Source of the DNA: Octopus sinensis
Lineage: Eukaryota
Length of the DNA stretch: 64,000 bases
Assembly: GCF_006345805.1 (NCBI RefSeq)
Contig: NC_043011.1
Coordinates: 33,616,464 to 33,680,463, forward strand
Reading direction: 5' to 3'
In this document: piece after piece, positions 63,976-64,000 of the stretch
Numbering within the stretch: position 1 is the first letter of the stretch
Layout: each line of letters begins with the position of its first letter
Position numbers and translations under genes: made by a program
The notes under the pieces: model-generated
Told to the model about the DNA's origin: nothing
Database searches by the model: none
The model's input: the letters and a program-made list of their open reading frames with translations, nothing else

Positions 63976-64000
63976 GGAAGAACGAATCGTAGAAGAGGGG

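Overview
AT-rich animal genomic DNA full of microsatellites. The SINE, Tc1/mariner and Penelope repertoire suggests a coleoid cephalopod, most likely Octopus (inference). The one well-supported gene is a + strand multi-exon secreted acidic prohormone: exons 1083-1218, 14879-15643, 18474-19078 and probably 22267-22284, about 507 aa, with all splice phases in frame. It has a signal peptide, many dibasic cleavage sites and two motifs (KR-AKEVLMFGNQQN, KR-VFFPYSEEPR) that match my recollection of insect prohormone-2/NVP-like precursors, so it is a candidate molluscan NVP-like, granin-like precursor. The rest is intronic or intergenic: tRNA-derived SINE families, DD37D (maT), mariner and Tc1 relics, MITEs, LINE 3' ends, Penelope-like (PLE) fragments and several type-I hammerhead-ribozyme folds, including a twin pair in a long inverted repeat. 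Weak signals of further genes lie at about 34 kb, 46.5-48.4 kb and 55.4 kb. There is no evidence for prokaryotic features, CRISPR arrays or true tRNA/rRNA genes. All identities and folds were judged by eye, and repeat boundaries are approximate.
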